64,000 nucleotides of DNA, from contig OU015566.1 in the NCBI GenBank assembly GCA_907165135.1, positions 3,534,001 through 3,598,000 on the forward strand, written 5' to 3'. Under the pieces are notes generated by a model. That model worked only from the letters and a program-made list of their open reading frames with translations. It was not told the DNA's origin and made no database searches. The stretch's first letter is position 1, and each line of letters opens with the position of its first letter. Positions 48,001 to 59,152 of the stretch are shown piece after piece. A program made the position numbers and the translations under genes. The stretch comes from Oikopleura dioica. Taxonomy: Eukaryota; Animalia; Chordata.

Positions 48001-49322
48001 ATCAGCATCGAGGCGTTCTGTAACTCGGCCGAGGTGCTTTGCAGCGTTCCAGCGAACCATTGTTGAGCTGTCTGAGAGGCAATTGATCAGTAGAGACAGA
48101 ACGGCTTCGACTGTTTCGGAGATTTCATTATCTTCTTCTTCCTCTTCCTTGATTTCCACATCCTGAATGTCTTCAAGTGCTTGAACTCGTTGAACTCCTA
48201 GTATCCGACTTCCACGGTTGTACTTCCACTTTGCCTGGCGAGCTTTCAGTTCTGTCAGCGCTATTCTCCCTGCTAGTTTCGAAAGAAAACGTTGGACCGT
48301 CGAATCTTTCAGCTTCTCGTCATAAATTCCTTCGTAAATCTCGGCGACTTTTTGCACGACCTCGAAAACCTGCTCGTTCAAGCTTCGGAGTTTTTCTTTC
48401 GGCCCAACTTTGTACAAATAACAGAGGAATTTCAAGCTTCCGACGACTGTGTAGACCCGTTTGACAGCGTATTCTCCGTCGTCGATGGAAGAGGAGATGT
48501 TTTCGAGGATTTCGTTGATGTGTCCGTCGCTGAGGTCACTATCAGAGCGACTGTAGTACCGGGCAAGACACATACAGGCCATATCTCCAGTCGTGCCAGT
48601 ATGAGTGATGAATTCCTTGCAGATATCGATCACTTTTCCTCTGAAACCCGGGCTGATCTTTTCGAACGAAAACGGAATTCGCATCAGAGACGAGAGCCAA
48701 GCAACAATGACAAGATACGAATCGTGAATTCCTTTTCTCGTAAAATCTGGCGATTGCTCTCTTGTATATTCAGCGTCAGCGACAAATTTGGTGAATTTCT
48801 TCTCGAACTTCTTTAGGGCGTCAAAGTGGGAGAGGATGAGGCGAAGATGGTGAACCTCGTGCGGGAAGTACTTGTCGACTTTCTTGCATTTTCGCGTGTG
48901 CATTAGGTAGACAACATATCGCGCTAGAATTTATATGTAAGGAAAGGATTTAATGATGCGGAGTCAGGGTCCTGGCACGATAAGAAAGATTTATGTACCT
49001 TGCAAAAGATACCCATCGACATTTACAAATTCCCCTTCTTCATCCATTTTAAAACTCGTCAAATTCGTAAATAGCGTTTCGAAAATCGCTGGCAAAACTG
49101 GATCCAAGAGAACTGGATTTTCTTGAAACTTGAAAAGCCCCGATCGAAACCAGAACTTTCGGAAGAATTCTTCTCTGTGGGCATTTGTAATTTCGGGCTG
49201 TGGGGCGGCTAGACTGACGGTTTTGACGAGCTCAGTGAGTTTTTGTTGGTGAATTGGATTTGCGGAGTGGCGAGGAATGACTTTGTGTTCTCATAATTTA
49301 CGGGCTGGTTATCTGTGCCCAT
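45054..49322 (-). CDS. TBCD: Tubulin-specific chaperone D
   Basis: FQENPVLLDP, VRWNAAKHLGRVTERL, WHGGCSALAEFSRR, GSNVRDAACYASWTFAR, FDKEVSCRKAAQAALQENIGR, DDYTRNQRGDIGSHVR. Confidence 0.93.
46605..46896. mobile_element. MITE-like element in TBCD intron 46547-46951
   Basis: 22-bp TIR GGGAATGTCTCCGAATGTCTCC / GGAGACATTCGGAGACATTCCC. Confidence 0.75.
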
Positions 49323-49578
49323 TTTCGATCTAAACATATTAATAGACATTATTAGATGTTTCAAAACATCAGCAATATCTACAGACATCTAAAGACATGC
49401 ATAAATATCTTCGACATCTCCAGCGATGACCGAAACCCTGTAAGATCATCATTTCAGATCAAAACGAAAATTAAAATTTGAAGAATATTTTATGTTCCTG
49501 TGTAACAATAGCAGAATCAAAAATAGAGAATGAACTTTTGATGAATATGAATCAAACATTGCTTTGAACAGTGATTTA

Positions 49579-51064
49579 CTAATTGGCAACTTTCGTGATG
49601 ACTTTCTTGCGCGTCAGGAGATCTCTTCTGAATACGAAGTATTCTAGAGTAGAAACGAAAGTCGTCGAGAACGTCAGGTAGCAAAACGGCATCGTTAAAA
49701 AGTCGTAGCTTGATAGGAAGCCGGAAGATTGGGTGAGAAGCCAGACAGGAAGGAGAAATTGAAGAACTGTATTTGTCTGAAAACAGATCGTAAGGGAAAG
49801 AAAGAGAGGAAGGGGGTTTGGGCAAGGGAAAATGTGAAAAAACTTACTTTTGAGATCCAAGTCGGATTCAATTTGACCGAAACGAGTCCGAAATCGAAGT
49901 ATCTTTTCAGCGTTTTTGGCGGCGGCAGCGTTTGGTAGCGAATAACGGAAGTGCCTAAAACAAGAGCCACATCTCGTCCAATAATCGTTCCAAAGAGCCA
50001 GAGAGGAATATCCCCTGCGATAGCAAATGCCGAGTAGACTGCCAGCATCGTTATTTTATCAGCTAGACGAGGAGTTTTACGAGAACGAGAAGTTGCAAAG
50101 AGCATTACCGAGAGGATCGAGCGCTGTTCCGAGAGTGCTAGCTTGAGAGGGCCAAGTTCGAGCGATTTTCCCATCGAGAAAATCAGAAATCATCGAAACA
50201 ACATTCAAATAAAGAGCCGCTTCGTAATGACCGTGCGTGATACAGTAGCCAGTCACAGGGGCTAGAATTGACATTCATCATCATTCCCCACTCATTTTCT
50301 TACCAATAACAATTCTCCCAAAACTAATGGCATTCGGAATCGTGTACCAATTTTCTCTCACTGCTCGTTCGCGTATCTCCCTCCTTTTTTCTCTCAATTT
50401 TTCCTGCTGCTCCAGCGATTTTTCGCGAAGTTTCTCTCGTTGCTCGATTGACTTCTCCCTCAATTTTTCGCGCTGCTCAATAGACTTTTCCCGGAACTTC
50501 TCTCGTTGTTCCAGAGATTTTTCTCGGAGCTTATCGCGCTGCTCTATTCACTTGTCAAGAATCAGTATTCATAATAAAAGTTCATTATTGAAAATATTCT
50601 ATTGATAGTTCTGGACAATTTCCTAAAGTCTTCTCCTTGATTTTTTCCCTGTAAACTTCCTTTCTATCTTGAATATCATGCCTAAATAAGCCTTTTTTGA
50701 AACTCACCAATTCTGATTCTCGTCAACAAATTTTACCTCAAAAGGTCGACTCTTTGCCGCTGTTTTTCCCGAAATTCTTCCTGAATTCTGTTGAAAGTTT
50801 CCCTCGCCTTTTGATCTTTTAAATTTTTTAGTTTAAATTCTAGCTCTTCTTTTTTGAGCGCTTCGAATATTTCATCTTTTGTGTCATTTATTTTTCTCGC
50901 AACATCGCTCTTTTCGAAATATTTATCTTCAAGAAACTTTCAGAATGTATCTGTGAGCATTGAAGGTTACCTTTTTGACAAACGTTTAGGTTAGATGAAA
51001 GAGTACGATTTCCATATTTTAACCTGCTCGGGAACAGACAGAAACAGGCCCTACGCCTGAGCAT
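49579..51064 (-). CDS. CRLS1: Cardiolipin synthase with an N-terminal charged repeat expansion
   Basis: TIPNAISFGRI, CDP-alcohol phosphotransferase motif DFLDGKIAR..LGTALDPLADK, IIGRDVALV, TWISK/TNTVLQ; Arg-rich transit-like start MLRRRACFC. Confidence 0.9.
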
Positions 51065-51304
51065 ATCTGAAAAAGATCTGTTTTAGTTAAATTAGAAATA
51101 AGCCGCGTGCGGCTTTTTCATGAAAACACGAAGGAAGAAAGACGACAGACACTAATGCGGATTATTCAAACGAAAATAATGGCGAAAACTTGCTTTTTAG
51201 ATAACAATTAAATTGAATAAATAATTGAATGGGTGTAAATCATGCGCCTGCGTAAGTTTTCTTGAACATTGAAATCACTTGCGGATTTTGAGTAATTTTT
51301 AAAA

Positions 51305-51759
51305 TTTATTGTTTTCATAGGTGAAGGAGAAAATGTAAAACAGGTGTTCTGGTAGTGTAAAGGTTGCCTTGGAGTTTTCACTCATCAAATTGCGAATCAG
51401 GAGGAGCTTATGCTCTCCACTTTATCCAGATGCGATGCTCGCTCCTCGTCCAGACGTCCTCAGGCAGTCGGCCATTTAGCTAAGAAAAATTAGTAAAAAG
51501 GGATTCAAAAATGTTCAGTTTACCTCGATCTCCTGTTGTCGGCTCTAGTTGATCTTCTTGAGAATCCTCGTCTCGAGACTATCGCTAGGATTCTCACTCG
51601 TTGATGGATGGTCTTCCTAATCCCATCCATCCGCAACGCATTTCTCATTCTTCATCAGCCACCCCAATTTGAATCAGCCCTGGTGGACGATATCCCGCGT
51701 CCACCAACACTCATTACAGGAAAATACGATTGGTGGCCGATGATTGAGCTCAAATTTTT
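51305..51759 (-). ncRNA. Candidate spliced, structured non-coding transcript
   Basis: Acceptor at 51760, 44-nt GT-AG intron 51480-51523, AATAAA at 51305-51310, longest ORF 42 codons, several 7-13 bp stems. Confidence 0.5.
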
Positions 51760-52063
51760 CTAAAAAAACGAAATTGTTAAATTTTAACTCTTATATTTGG
51801 GGCAAAGCAACCAAGGAAATATCCGAAGTAATAGACATTGCCGCTTTGCAACTCTCGCCTGTATAAAGCCGCTTCGCGGCTTTTCATTCAACCCTCTTTG
51901 GAACACTTACCCAGATTGCTTTGCCCATAATTTTAAGAATTTGAATAAAAGTCGAGAAGTACATATAAGCGAGTTTTAGTCAATCTTTCTTTTATTAACT
52001 TTTTCTAAGCAAAATTAGAAGGGCAGTATTTCAAAAGATCAGATCGACAATTTTTTCCCGAAT

Positions 52064-52596
52064 TTACTCGGCCTTGGCGGCACCGGCCTGGTGGGTCTTG
52101 ATGATGTCGGAATCTCCAGGGTCGGTGACGGTGAGGCAGCCAACTCGGAAGTATTTACCTGAATGGAAAAGGTGAGCGCTAGAACTACTAGTCATCTTTG
52201 CGTGGGACTTTGCTCCGACTAGAGGGTTCTTTTCGCCCTACCTGGGTGAAAGGAGGGTTTGAAACTTAGTGTGGAAGCCGCTCAGCGGCTTCGTTTATGA
52301 AAGAGCCGCAAGCGCCTCAAGTTTTCAGAATGAAATCAATTTCTTACCACAGGCAGTTCCAAGTTCGATGTTGGAGCCGTTGTAGTGGTGGACACCGGTC
52401 TTGGCCAACATGGCGTAGTACTCGATCTCGGATCGTCGAAGATGGGGGTGTTGTTAGCGAGGATGACCAACTTGGCCTTGCCGCCTCGGAGCTGCTTGAT
52501 GGTCTCCTTGTAGCCCATGTTGTACTTGCCGGACTTGATGACAAGGGCGAGTCGGCTGTTGATCGAAGATCCGTCCTTCTTCGACTTTTTGGCCAT
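52064..52596 (-). CDS. RPL30: 60S ribosomal protein L30 (one-base frameshift in a G run)
   Basis: [82 protein letters not shown]. Confidence 0.95.
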
Positions 52597-52616
52597 TTTT
52601 ACAAGTCCGTTAAGGT

Positions 52617-52632
52617 CTGAAATGGAAAAACG
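52617..52632 (-). promoter_or_regulatory. Putative SL trans-splice acceptor of RPL30
   Basis: TTTTTCCATTTCAG about 20 nt upstream of the ATG, no obvious upstream exon in the ~200-bp gap to RPS25. Confidence 0.55.
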
Positions 52633-52793
52633 TTAATAACGAACGCCCAAGGCGCATTATCCGGTCTCAGCCAATCAGAAATGATAAAGAGGCTCGCAGA
52701 TAAGGGCCCGGGTTGAGATTAGACACAAACCCAGCTAGTTACAGTTTCATCCTCGTGTTCTAGGTTTTCAGAAGAAGGCAGAGAATGGGGAAG

Positions 52794-53217
52794 TTACTCC
52801 TCGGGGTTGATGGCCCGGGTGTAGACCATCTGGGAACCGTGCTGGATCAGGCACTTGATCTTGCCAGCGGCGAAGAGGTTCTGAAAGGATAGGGTTAGAA
52901 AATGGAAGAAGAAGGGTTGTTTAGTCACCTTGATGGCAGTTCGGGCGAGGGAGCCACGGATCTTCATTCGATCGGAGACGATGGAGGGGGTGATGACCTT
53001 GTAGTTGGGCACTTCCTTCATGACCTTGTCGTAGGTGGCCTGATCGAAGACGCAAGCGTTGGCGAGCTTATCTCGGACCTGGAAATGAATTGGTGAAAAT
53101 GAGTCTCGGTGGTTTCGATCTTACCTTTCCCTTAGACCACTTCTTCTTGGACTTCTTTCCTCCTCCGGAGGCAGCCTTCGCCTTGGCTTCCTTCGACTTC
53201 TGTGGTGCTTTGGCCAT
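52794..53217 (-). CDS. RPS25: 40S ribosomal protein S25
   Basis: [64 protein letters not shown]/..QMVYTRA. Confidence 0.96.
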
Positions 53218-53238
53218 TTTTCAAAGCCGATTCAAAGT

Positions 53239-53250
53239 CTGAAGAAACGG
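53239..53250 (-). promoter_or_regulatory. Putative splice acceptor (trans or cis) upstream of the RPS25 ATG
   Basis: CCGTTTCTTCAG about 21 nt upstream of the ATG. Confidence 0.5.
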
Positions 53251-53843
53251 GTTGATAGAAAAGTGCTCTTGATTAGACTAAAAGACAGAATAGAGCTTTG
53301 TCAAAGATTGAAATCAGGAAAACACAAGACACGAGGAAAAGCCGCGTGACGGCTTTTTCGAGTGCGAAGCCGCAGAGCGGCTCCATTAAGATCACATTTT
53401 ATAAAGATTCGACATAATTGATTCTATATTTTTGAATACAATCTTCATTTATAATTATAAAGGAGACAAAAAAAGTGATTCTGGCTAAAATTTCAAATTG
53501 ACTATTTCTCTAGAAGAGTTCTCTGTTGTGAAATTGTTAAAAAAGCAGAGGATAAGTGAAGAAATTGAAGAAATAAAATTCTTCTGCGAGAGTAGCGCGA
53601 GTCAGGAACTTTTCAGCCAATGAGCGGCGTGTTTCTTGCAGCGCCGTGACGCGTGGGCGTTGGAGCGGAGGAGCAGCGCGAAATAAGAAATCCAGAAAAA
53701 CTTTCACTTCTCTTTCCCGGAGGACTTCTTATCTTTCTTGCTGGAAGAGAAAAAATTCAATTGAACTGATAATCAGTAATTTACTCATCTTTCATGAACT
53801 GTTTATTTTAATTCATTTAAATTCTTTACGTTTTAATCAAAGA

Positions 53844-55598
53844 ATGGGTCGAAGCTATTCTCGCAGTCGTTCTCGATCTGGATCGAGAAGTTCTAGAGGT
53901 CGAAGTGCTTCAAAGGATCGATCCAGGTAAAACAAGAAAATTTGAGTCTTCACGGAGTAAATTCTTTTGAATTTTCATTATATAAATTCTTGAATTCAAA
54001 TTAACTCTTAGCCGAAGTCGCAGCCGATCCCGTCGAGATTCTCGATCTCGCTCTAGATCCGTCCTTGGCCACATCGACGGCTACGATCCTGCTTTCCGGG
54101 TACGTGTAGCAACAGTAGGAAAAGCTGTGATATTGACAATCAATTTAGGGTTATCGAGTGAAAGTTGCCGATTTGAACACTCGCATTTCGAAGTATGAGC
54201 TGGAAAAAGAATTCGACCGCTACGGCAAAATCATCGATTTGATTCTCATTCGACGGCAGCCGACTATTTGCTTCATTGTCTACAAATACAGGTACTGAAG
54301 GACGGTAGTTCCAAAAAATACACTAAAAAGGGCCCCTTTTCGAGCGGTAAAGAAGGAAATCGGACCTGTTTACATAAGAGATCAATCAGACCCTGTGTCA
54401 GGTTTTCTACACAGGGTCCCGATTCAAGGCAGAAGCTACAGGCTCTTTTCTACATTAATGTAACCCTCTTTCTTCAGTCAAGATGCCCGCTACGCTGCAC
54501 GAAAACTGAACAACTTGTCGATCTGGTCCACTCGTCTTCGCGCAGAACTGGCCAAACCCAGCGGCAAAGCAAGGTAAGATCAAGTCGCCTAGGCTTTAAG
54601 TAGTGAAATGGAACGCACAAGACATTTGATGCGAAATGGAAAACTTTCAAAACTTTCAATTGAAAGCGAAATATTAAGAAAGCGAGTTTACGATTACGCG
54701 ATCCTACGATTAGCCCTTACGAGAGCGATACTGTTACAGTCACAGTAGTTCTAAATTTGCGCTTTCCCGACTCGAAAAAAACGAGCGAAACGATAAACAA
54801 GCCAGTTATTATTTCGGCTTACGATTCTTGACACCCCTTAACCGCACGAAACGAGCGATCGAAAAAGCGCGAATGAAAAAAATGAGATGCGGAACTCTAA
54901 AAGAGTGTCAAAGTCCCCCTTTTACAGCGATTCCTTCATTTAACCGTGAATTTAGACGGCGTTCTCGCTCACCACGACGAAGACGATCGCGTTCTCCTCG
55001 ACGACGATCGGATTCTCGAGATCGATCTCGTCGAAATAGATCCCGATCTGGCTCTCGAAGACGAGCGGATAGACGAAGCCGCTCTAGGAACGGTTCAAAT
55101 GCGATTTCTTTGTCTATTTATACCGATTGCCAACTGCGGTAGATTATCGAAGGCGAGAAGCTGAGATCTACCGCAAGAATTCCCCTAAAGAGGTCCAAGA
55201 TAGTCGCTAAAGCTTCGAAGGTCAAGTCGAAAATAGTCGATAAATTGATGGGCGTGACCCTCTCGGTCGCTTTTTCAATAAAATCGACGACTTCGGGCTC
55301 AATTTTCGAACCTTTAGCGACTTTCTTGGGCCTTTTTACTGGAATACAATCGGGATACCGTAGATTTATATCTTATAGTAGCTTTTGGACATTTCTTTTC
55401 GCAGTCCTTTTTACCCGAAATTATCCAAATTCGAACCTGAGAAGACGATCTGACTCCCGTCGACGCTCGAGATCCAACAAGCGTAGCCGCTCTCGCTCTG
55501 AAAGACGATCAAGATCCAATTCCAGGTAATTTACCACTCAAAATCGAGCTCAACTCCTCAACCATCCCTTTTTCAGACGCCGCTCACGATCGCGTTAG
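53844..55598 (+). CDS. SR splicing-factor-like protein (N-terminal RS, one RRM, C-terminal RS; SRSF3/7-like RRM)
   Basis: RS dipeptide exons flank GYRVKVADLNTRISKYELEKEFDRYGKII..CFIVYKY/SQDARYAARKLNNL..LRAELA. Confidence 0.85.
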
Positions 55599-55788
55599 AT
55601 AATCAAGACTCAAATCAATCAATTGGAAAAAAAGAAATTGAGCTCTAGGAATTTTTTTAGTAATCATGCTGTCATTTACTGTCATCAACTGTACTCACTG
55701 GGCAGAATAAAAATTCTCATACGATTTTATCAAAAAAGCGGTGTTCTTTTTATTGATTAATTTTGTACAGGTAGCAAAGAAATAACTT

Positions 55789-58700
55789 CTAGCAGCCAGG
55801 TCCTTTTGAGCATTCACCAGCGCAGACTTCCACCTAAAAAATTATTGAGAATCGCGGAATTTTTTTCGGAAGATTTTTCCTACCGAGCAAGATAATTGCT
55901 GAGTTGTCAAATCATCTTCTTGAGCCCTAAACTGGAAGCTCGTGTAGCTAAAGTTGATCTTCTCTTGTCTTTCCCGGAAAATTTCAGTCTTGACGAACGA
56001 GTCTGGGCAGGTGTTTTCGATCACATTGAATTGCAGCCCAAGTGCTGTATCGGAAACAGTACAGTTGGTGATTTTGAAATCGAGGGTCGAAATTGGGTCG
56101 ATCATTTCCAAGCCGACAAAGACCCGGTCGCCGATCGCCACGACGTCGTTTTCAGTGGCTTCTTCTGTGAATTTTTCATCTTGATAAGTTGTCAAGGAGA
56201 ATTCCAGCTCTCCCTCTCCGTTGGCTCCAGCATCAAAGTCGCTAAACAAAATCATTAATTTAATGACATTAAAATGGAAAAGGTGGCGAGGGCCGTTTTT
56301 TCTCTCTTACGGATCATGAACTGTTGTTTTGGCATGAATGTCGTCGACAAATCTGGGGAATTTGCATTCGAAGCTGTGTTCAAAATTAGGCGCGATTTGA
56401 ATGAAACCATTTCTTCTTCCCTCAGCACGCAGTTTATTGCTGAAATAATGATGATTCTCCTGTGTTTTTTCGGTTGAAAAGTACCTAAAGACAAGGTCGT
56501 TCCCTTCCGAAGCCACTTGCGTTTCGCATCCATCAAGTTTAAAAGCAAAAGAAAAGGTATCTCCATCCTCATCAGCTTCAGCCGAGGCGCAAGAGCTGAT
56601 TTTCGGAGCTTCTTGGTTGGTAAACAAGCATTTTGGTGCCCGAAGTCCGATTTGGTGTGGAGAACATGTCAGTTCGATAAGATAAAAGTTTGGGAAACAG
56701 CTTCCATCTGAAATATATTCTTTCTTCTTTCCTGTCTCTGAATTTGTATTTACCGTCATTTTCAAGAAAACAATCAGGGCATTTCTTCTCGCCCAATTTA
56801 TGCTCCCCAGAGTCATTTATTTCTGCTCTGGAAGTCGTCACTGTAGATGTCGAAGAAGTTGTTATTGTTGAACTCATAGTTGTTGATGATGTTGATGTCA
56901 TCGTTGTTGATGTGAATGTGGAAGTGAAGGTTGTTGGGGTAGTCATTTCTTCCGTTGTTCTTTCAACACAGCTATAGAACGGGAAGGACTCCGAAAGGAC
57001 ACATTCACCAGCTTCGCCGCAAAAGTCAATGTCCTTCCTTGTGTAGAAACCAATGTCGGTGTCAACATCGTCGCAATCAATATCTGGCAGCTTGCAAATA
57101 AATTGCTCCTGCATTAAACAGTCCTGTTCCCTCCACAATCCATTCTCCCACTTCACGCAAGTGCGGTCTTGAACTACAAGAATGGTTAAGTACGTCGAAA
57201 TAGGATATTCAATATTGATATCATTCCAGATGCTTTATAAACAGTGACCTTCGTTCAGAAATTTTCAAAGAAAAAAACAAGATGAAATTTACGAACGTTT
57301 TGGTAGCTCATTTGGCCGGATGGTCCATGTTCGAAACTGAACCAGAGACACAGCAAAAGCTTCAGAAGCTTCAAAACCTTGCTGATAAGGAACGGGCGGA
57401 ATTTGACAGAAAAAATTGTTAAAAATCTTTTTCTTTCGTTAAAAGTAATCATTCCTCCCAAAAAAGCTTAATTCTTATCATCAAAGACCCGTTTTTTTCT
57501 CTGCAAAATAATTGATTATTCATCTTTCTTCAATAAAATCAGATAAAATCTATCTTCAAGCCTTTTTGTTTTTAGAGAAACTTTTTGACAGGGATACATA
57601 GACAATTATCGTTTCAATATTTTCGTTTTGGCGAGAAGACGAGTTATTTACAGCTAGTATGGTCCTTTCATTCAGCGCCTTTTTTCAAACCGCATGAAGG
57701 CTCGCATTATTATTGCAAGTAATCAGGGAGTCGGTAATAATGAATCTTTTGTCAAATTACTAATGCGCTTTTAATATTTACACCATGAAAGCTTAAAAGA
57801 TGCTCATTTGCCACATTTTAGAAATAAAATGAACATGAAAATCGGTTTGATTTTTGTACAATTTGCCGCAGCCTGGTCTTTCTTCGAAACGACCCCAGAA
57901 GATCAAATGAAGATTTTGAGACTTCGAAATCTTCAAAAACAGGACCGGGCCATCAACGAAAAAATAAGGTCTACCAGAGCTTTTCTTGAAAATTTTCGAC
58001 AAGACTTTCTATCTTTTATGTTATTTATGGGCCCCATAAAGATGAATGAAGTAAAATACCATCGAAGACCAGGATTTTTCACTATTCTTTAGAATCGCTT
58101 CGTTTTTCCTTTCAAATAAAACCGTACCTCTGTTGAAATTTTCTGACTTCTCGCCAATTCTTCTGAATTTCTTTCTCAGTGTCGGTGGTCTTCCATACAC
58201 CCACATTTCATCCTTTTCTTCCGGCACTTCATCTTTTTCATCAGAAAATCGCCACGCTTCATTTGTGAATTCCACTCCTATCCAACCGCTTGATCCCAAA
58301 TTCTCCCGGAGAAATAATTCGTCTTCTGCGTCCTTTGGAGAAAATAAGCTTCCACCTAACTGTGAGCAGTAGCTTATCGAAGGATCACAAAAAGCTGCTG
58401 ATTTCAAATAGGTGTTAAAATAAGAGGATAAAAAAGGTCTTTTGATCCGGACTTTGAGCTTCGTACCACGTTCCTTTCTGTTCCGAGCGGCTGCAGATTC
58501 CGTCGGTGGGGATTTGACCGGAGCAGACATCAAGATATCGCTCTTGAAAGAGTGTTAGGTTTTCGTCAAACTGGCTATTCTAGTACATTTTTATCAATGT
58601 AATGAAGGGTTTTGTTTAAGGGGCTAGACATCGTGAATGGTAGTTTTCAAGATGATTTTTGTACGAAATTTTATATATTGACTCCCTTATTTTATTTTTT

Positions 58701-58903
58701 CTACGGAAACTTTGAACCCTTTTTTAGAATCTGTGGGAGTCGAAATTCGAAGTTTCGAAGAAAAAATTCACTGAATTTTATTGCATACTTGAGCATCTAT
58801 CGCTTCCTGTTCGTCCAAAAACCATCTTCTCGTGCATCTGATTGATCGGACAAATTGCATTTACGCTACTTGCGATCAATATATTTTGGAAAAACTTCTT
58901 CAT
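55789..58903 (-). CDS. Secreted C-type-lectin-domain + Thr-rich + ZP-domain protein
   Basis: Signal-like MKKFFQNILIASSVNA; CTL pieces (YCSQLGGSL..WIGV; CVKWENGLWREQDC..FICK); ZP-N (FAFKLDGCET..HSFECKF) and ZP-C (IGDRVFVGL..ITNCTVS..IENTCP..FSYTSFQF..LSCSVEVC). Confidence 0.85.
57835..58092 (+). CDS. Possible 85-aa secreted peptide nested antisense in the lectin-ZP intron
   Basis: Signal-like MKIGLIFVQFAAA; TTTTAG acceptor at ~57821; AATAAA at ~58114. Confidence 0.55.
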   Translation: MKIGLIFVQFAAAWSFFETTPEDQMKILRLRNLQKQDRAINEKIRSTRAFLENFRQDFLSFMLFMGPIKMNEVKYHRRPGFFTIL

Positions 58904-59152
58904 AATTCTCTTTTTCTTTTGAAAGATTTCGATTTGTGAACACGAGGTCGAGGCGCAAGATTAAAAAAGCTTCTTTTCTAAATCGAAATCGAACACCACC
59001 GCCACGGAGGGCTGGATATCCAGGCGATTACGCGACTGTCAGAGGTTACTTTTCTGCTTTCCTTGACACTTTTTATGCATTTTTCTTGCATTTTATCCTT
59101 TTCGTTGTCTTTTTATTTCAATAAATTATGTACAGGAATCTTTAAAAACGCC

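Noticed and set aside
47183-48816. Several + strand ORFs
   Set aside because: Antisense to the long TBCD exon.
50940-50980. Apparent frameshift near the CRLS1 start
   Set aside because: Resolved by a normal 44-nt GT-AG intron ending TTTCTTGAAG.
51305-51759. Telomerase RNA, 7SK or selenoprotein identity for the candidate ncRNA
   Set aside because: No CUAACCCU template; only a short 7SK-like word (CCAGGGCTGATTC) without the GAUC stems; the TGA TGA frame has no selenoprotein-like context.
52160-52345. snoRNA in the enlarged RPL30 intron
   Set aside because: Small hairpins and an ANANNA are present, but there is no terminal ACA or proper C/D pair.
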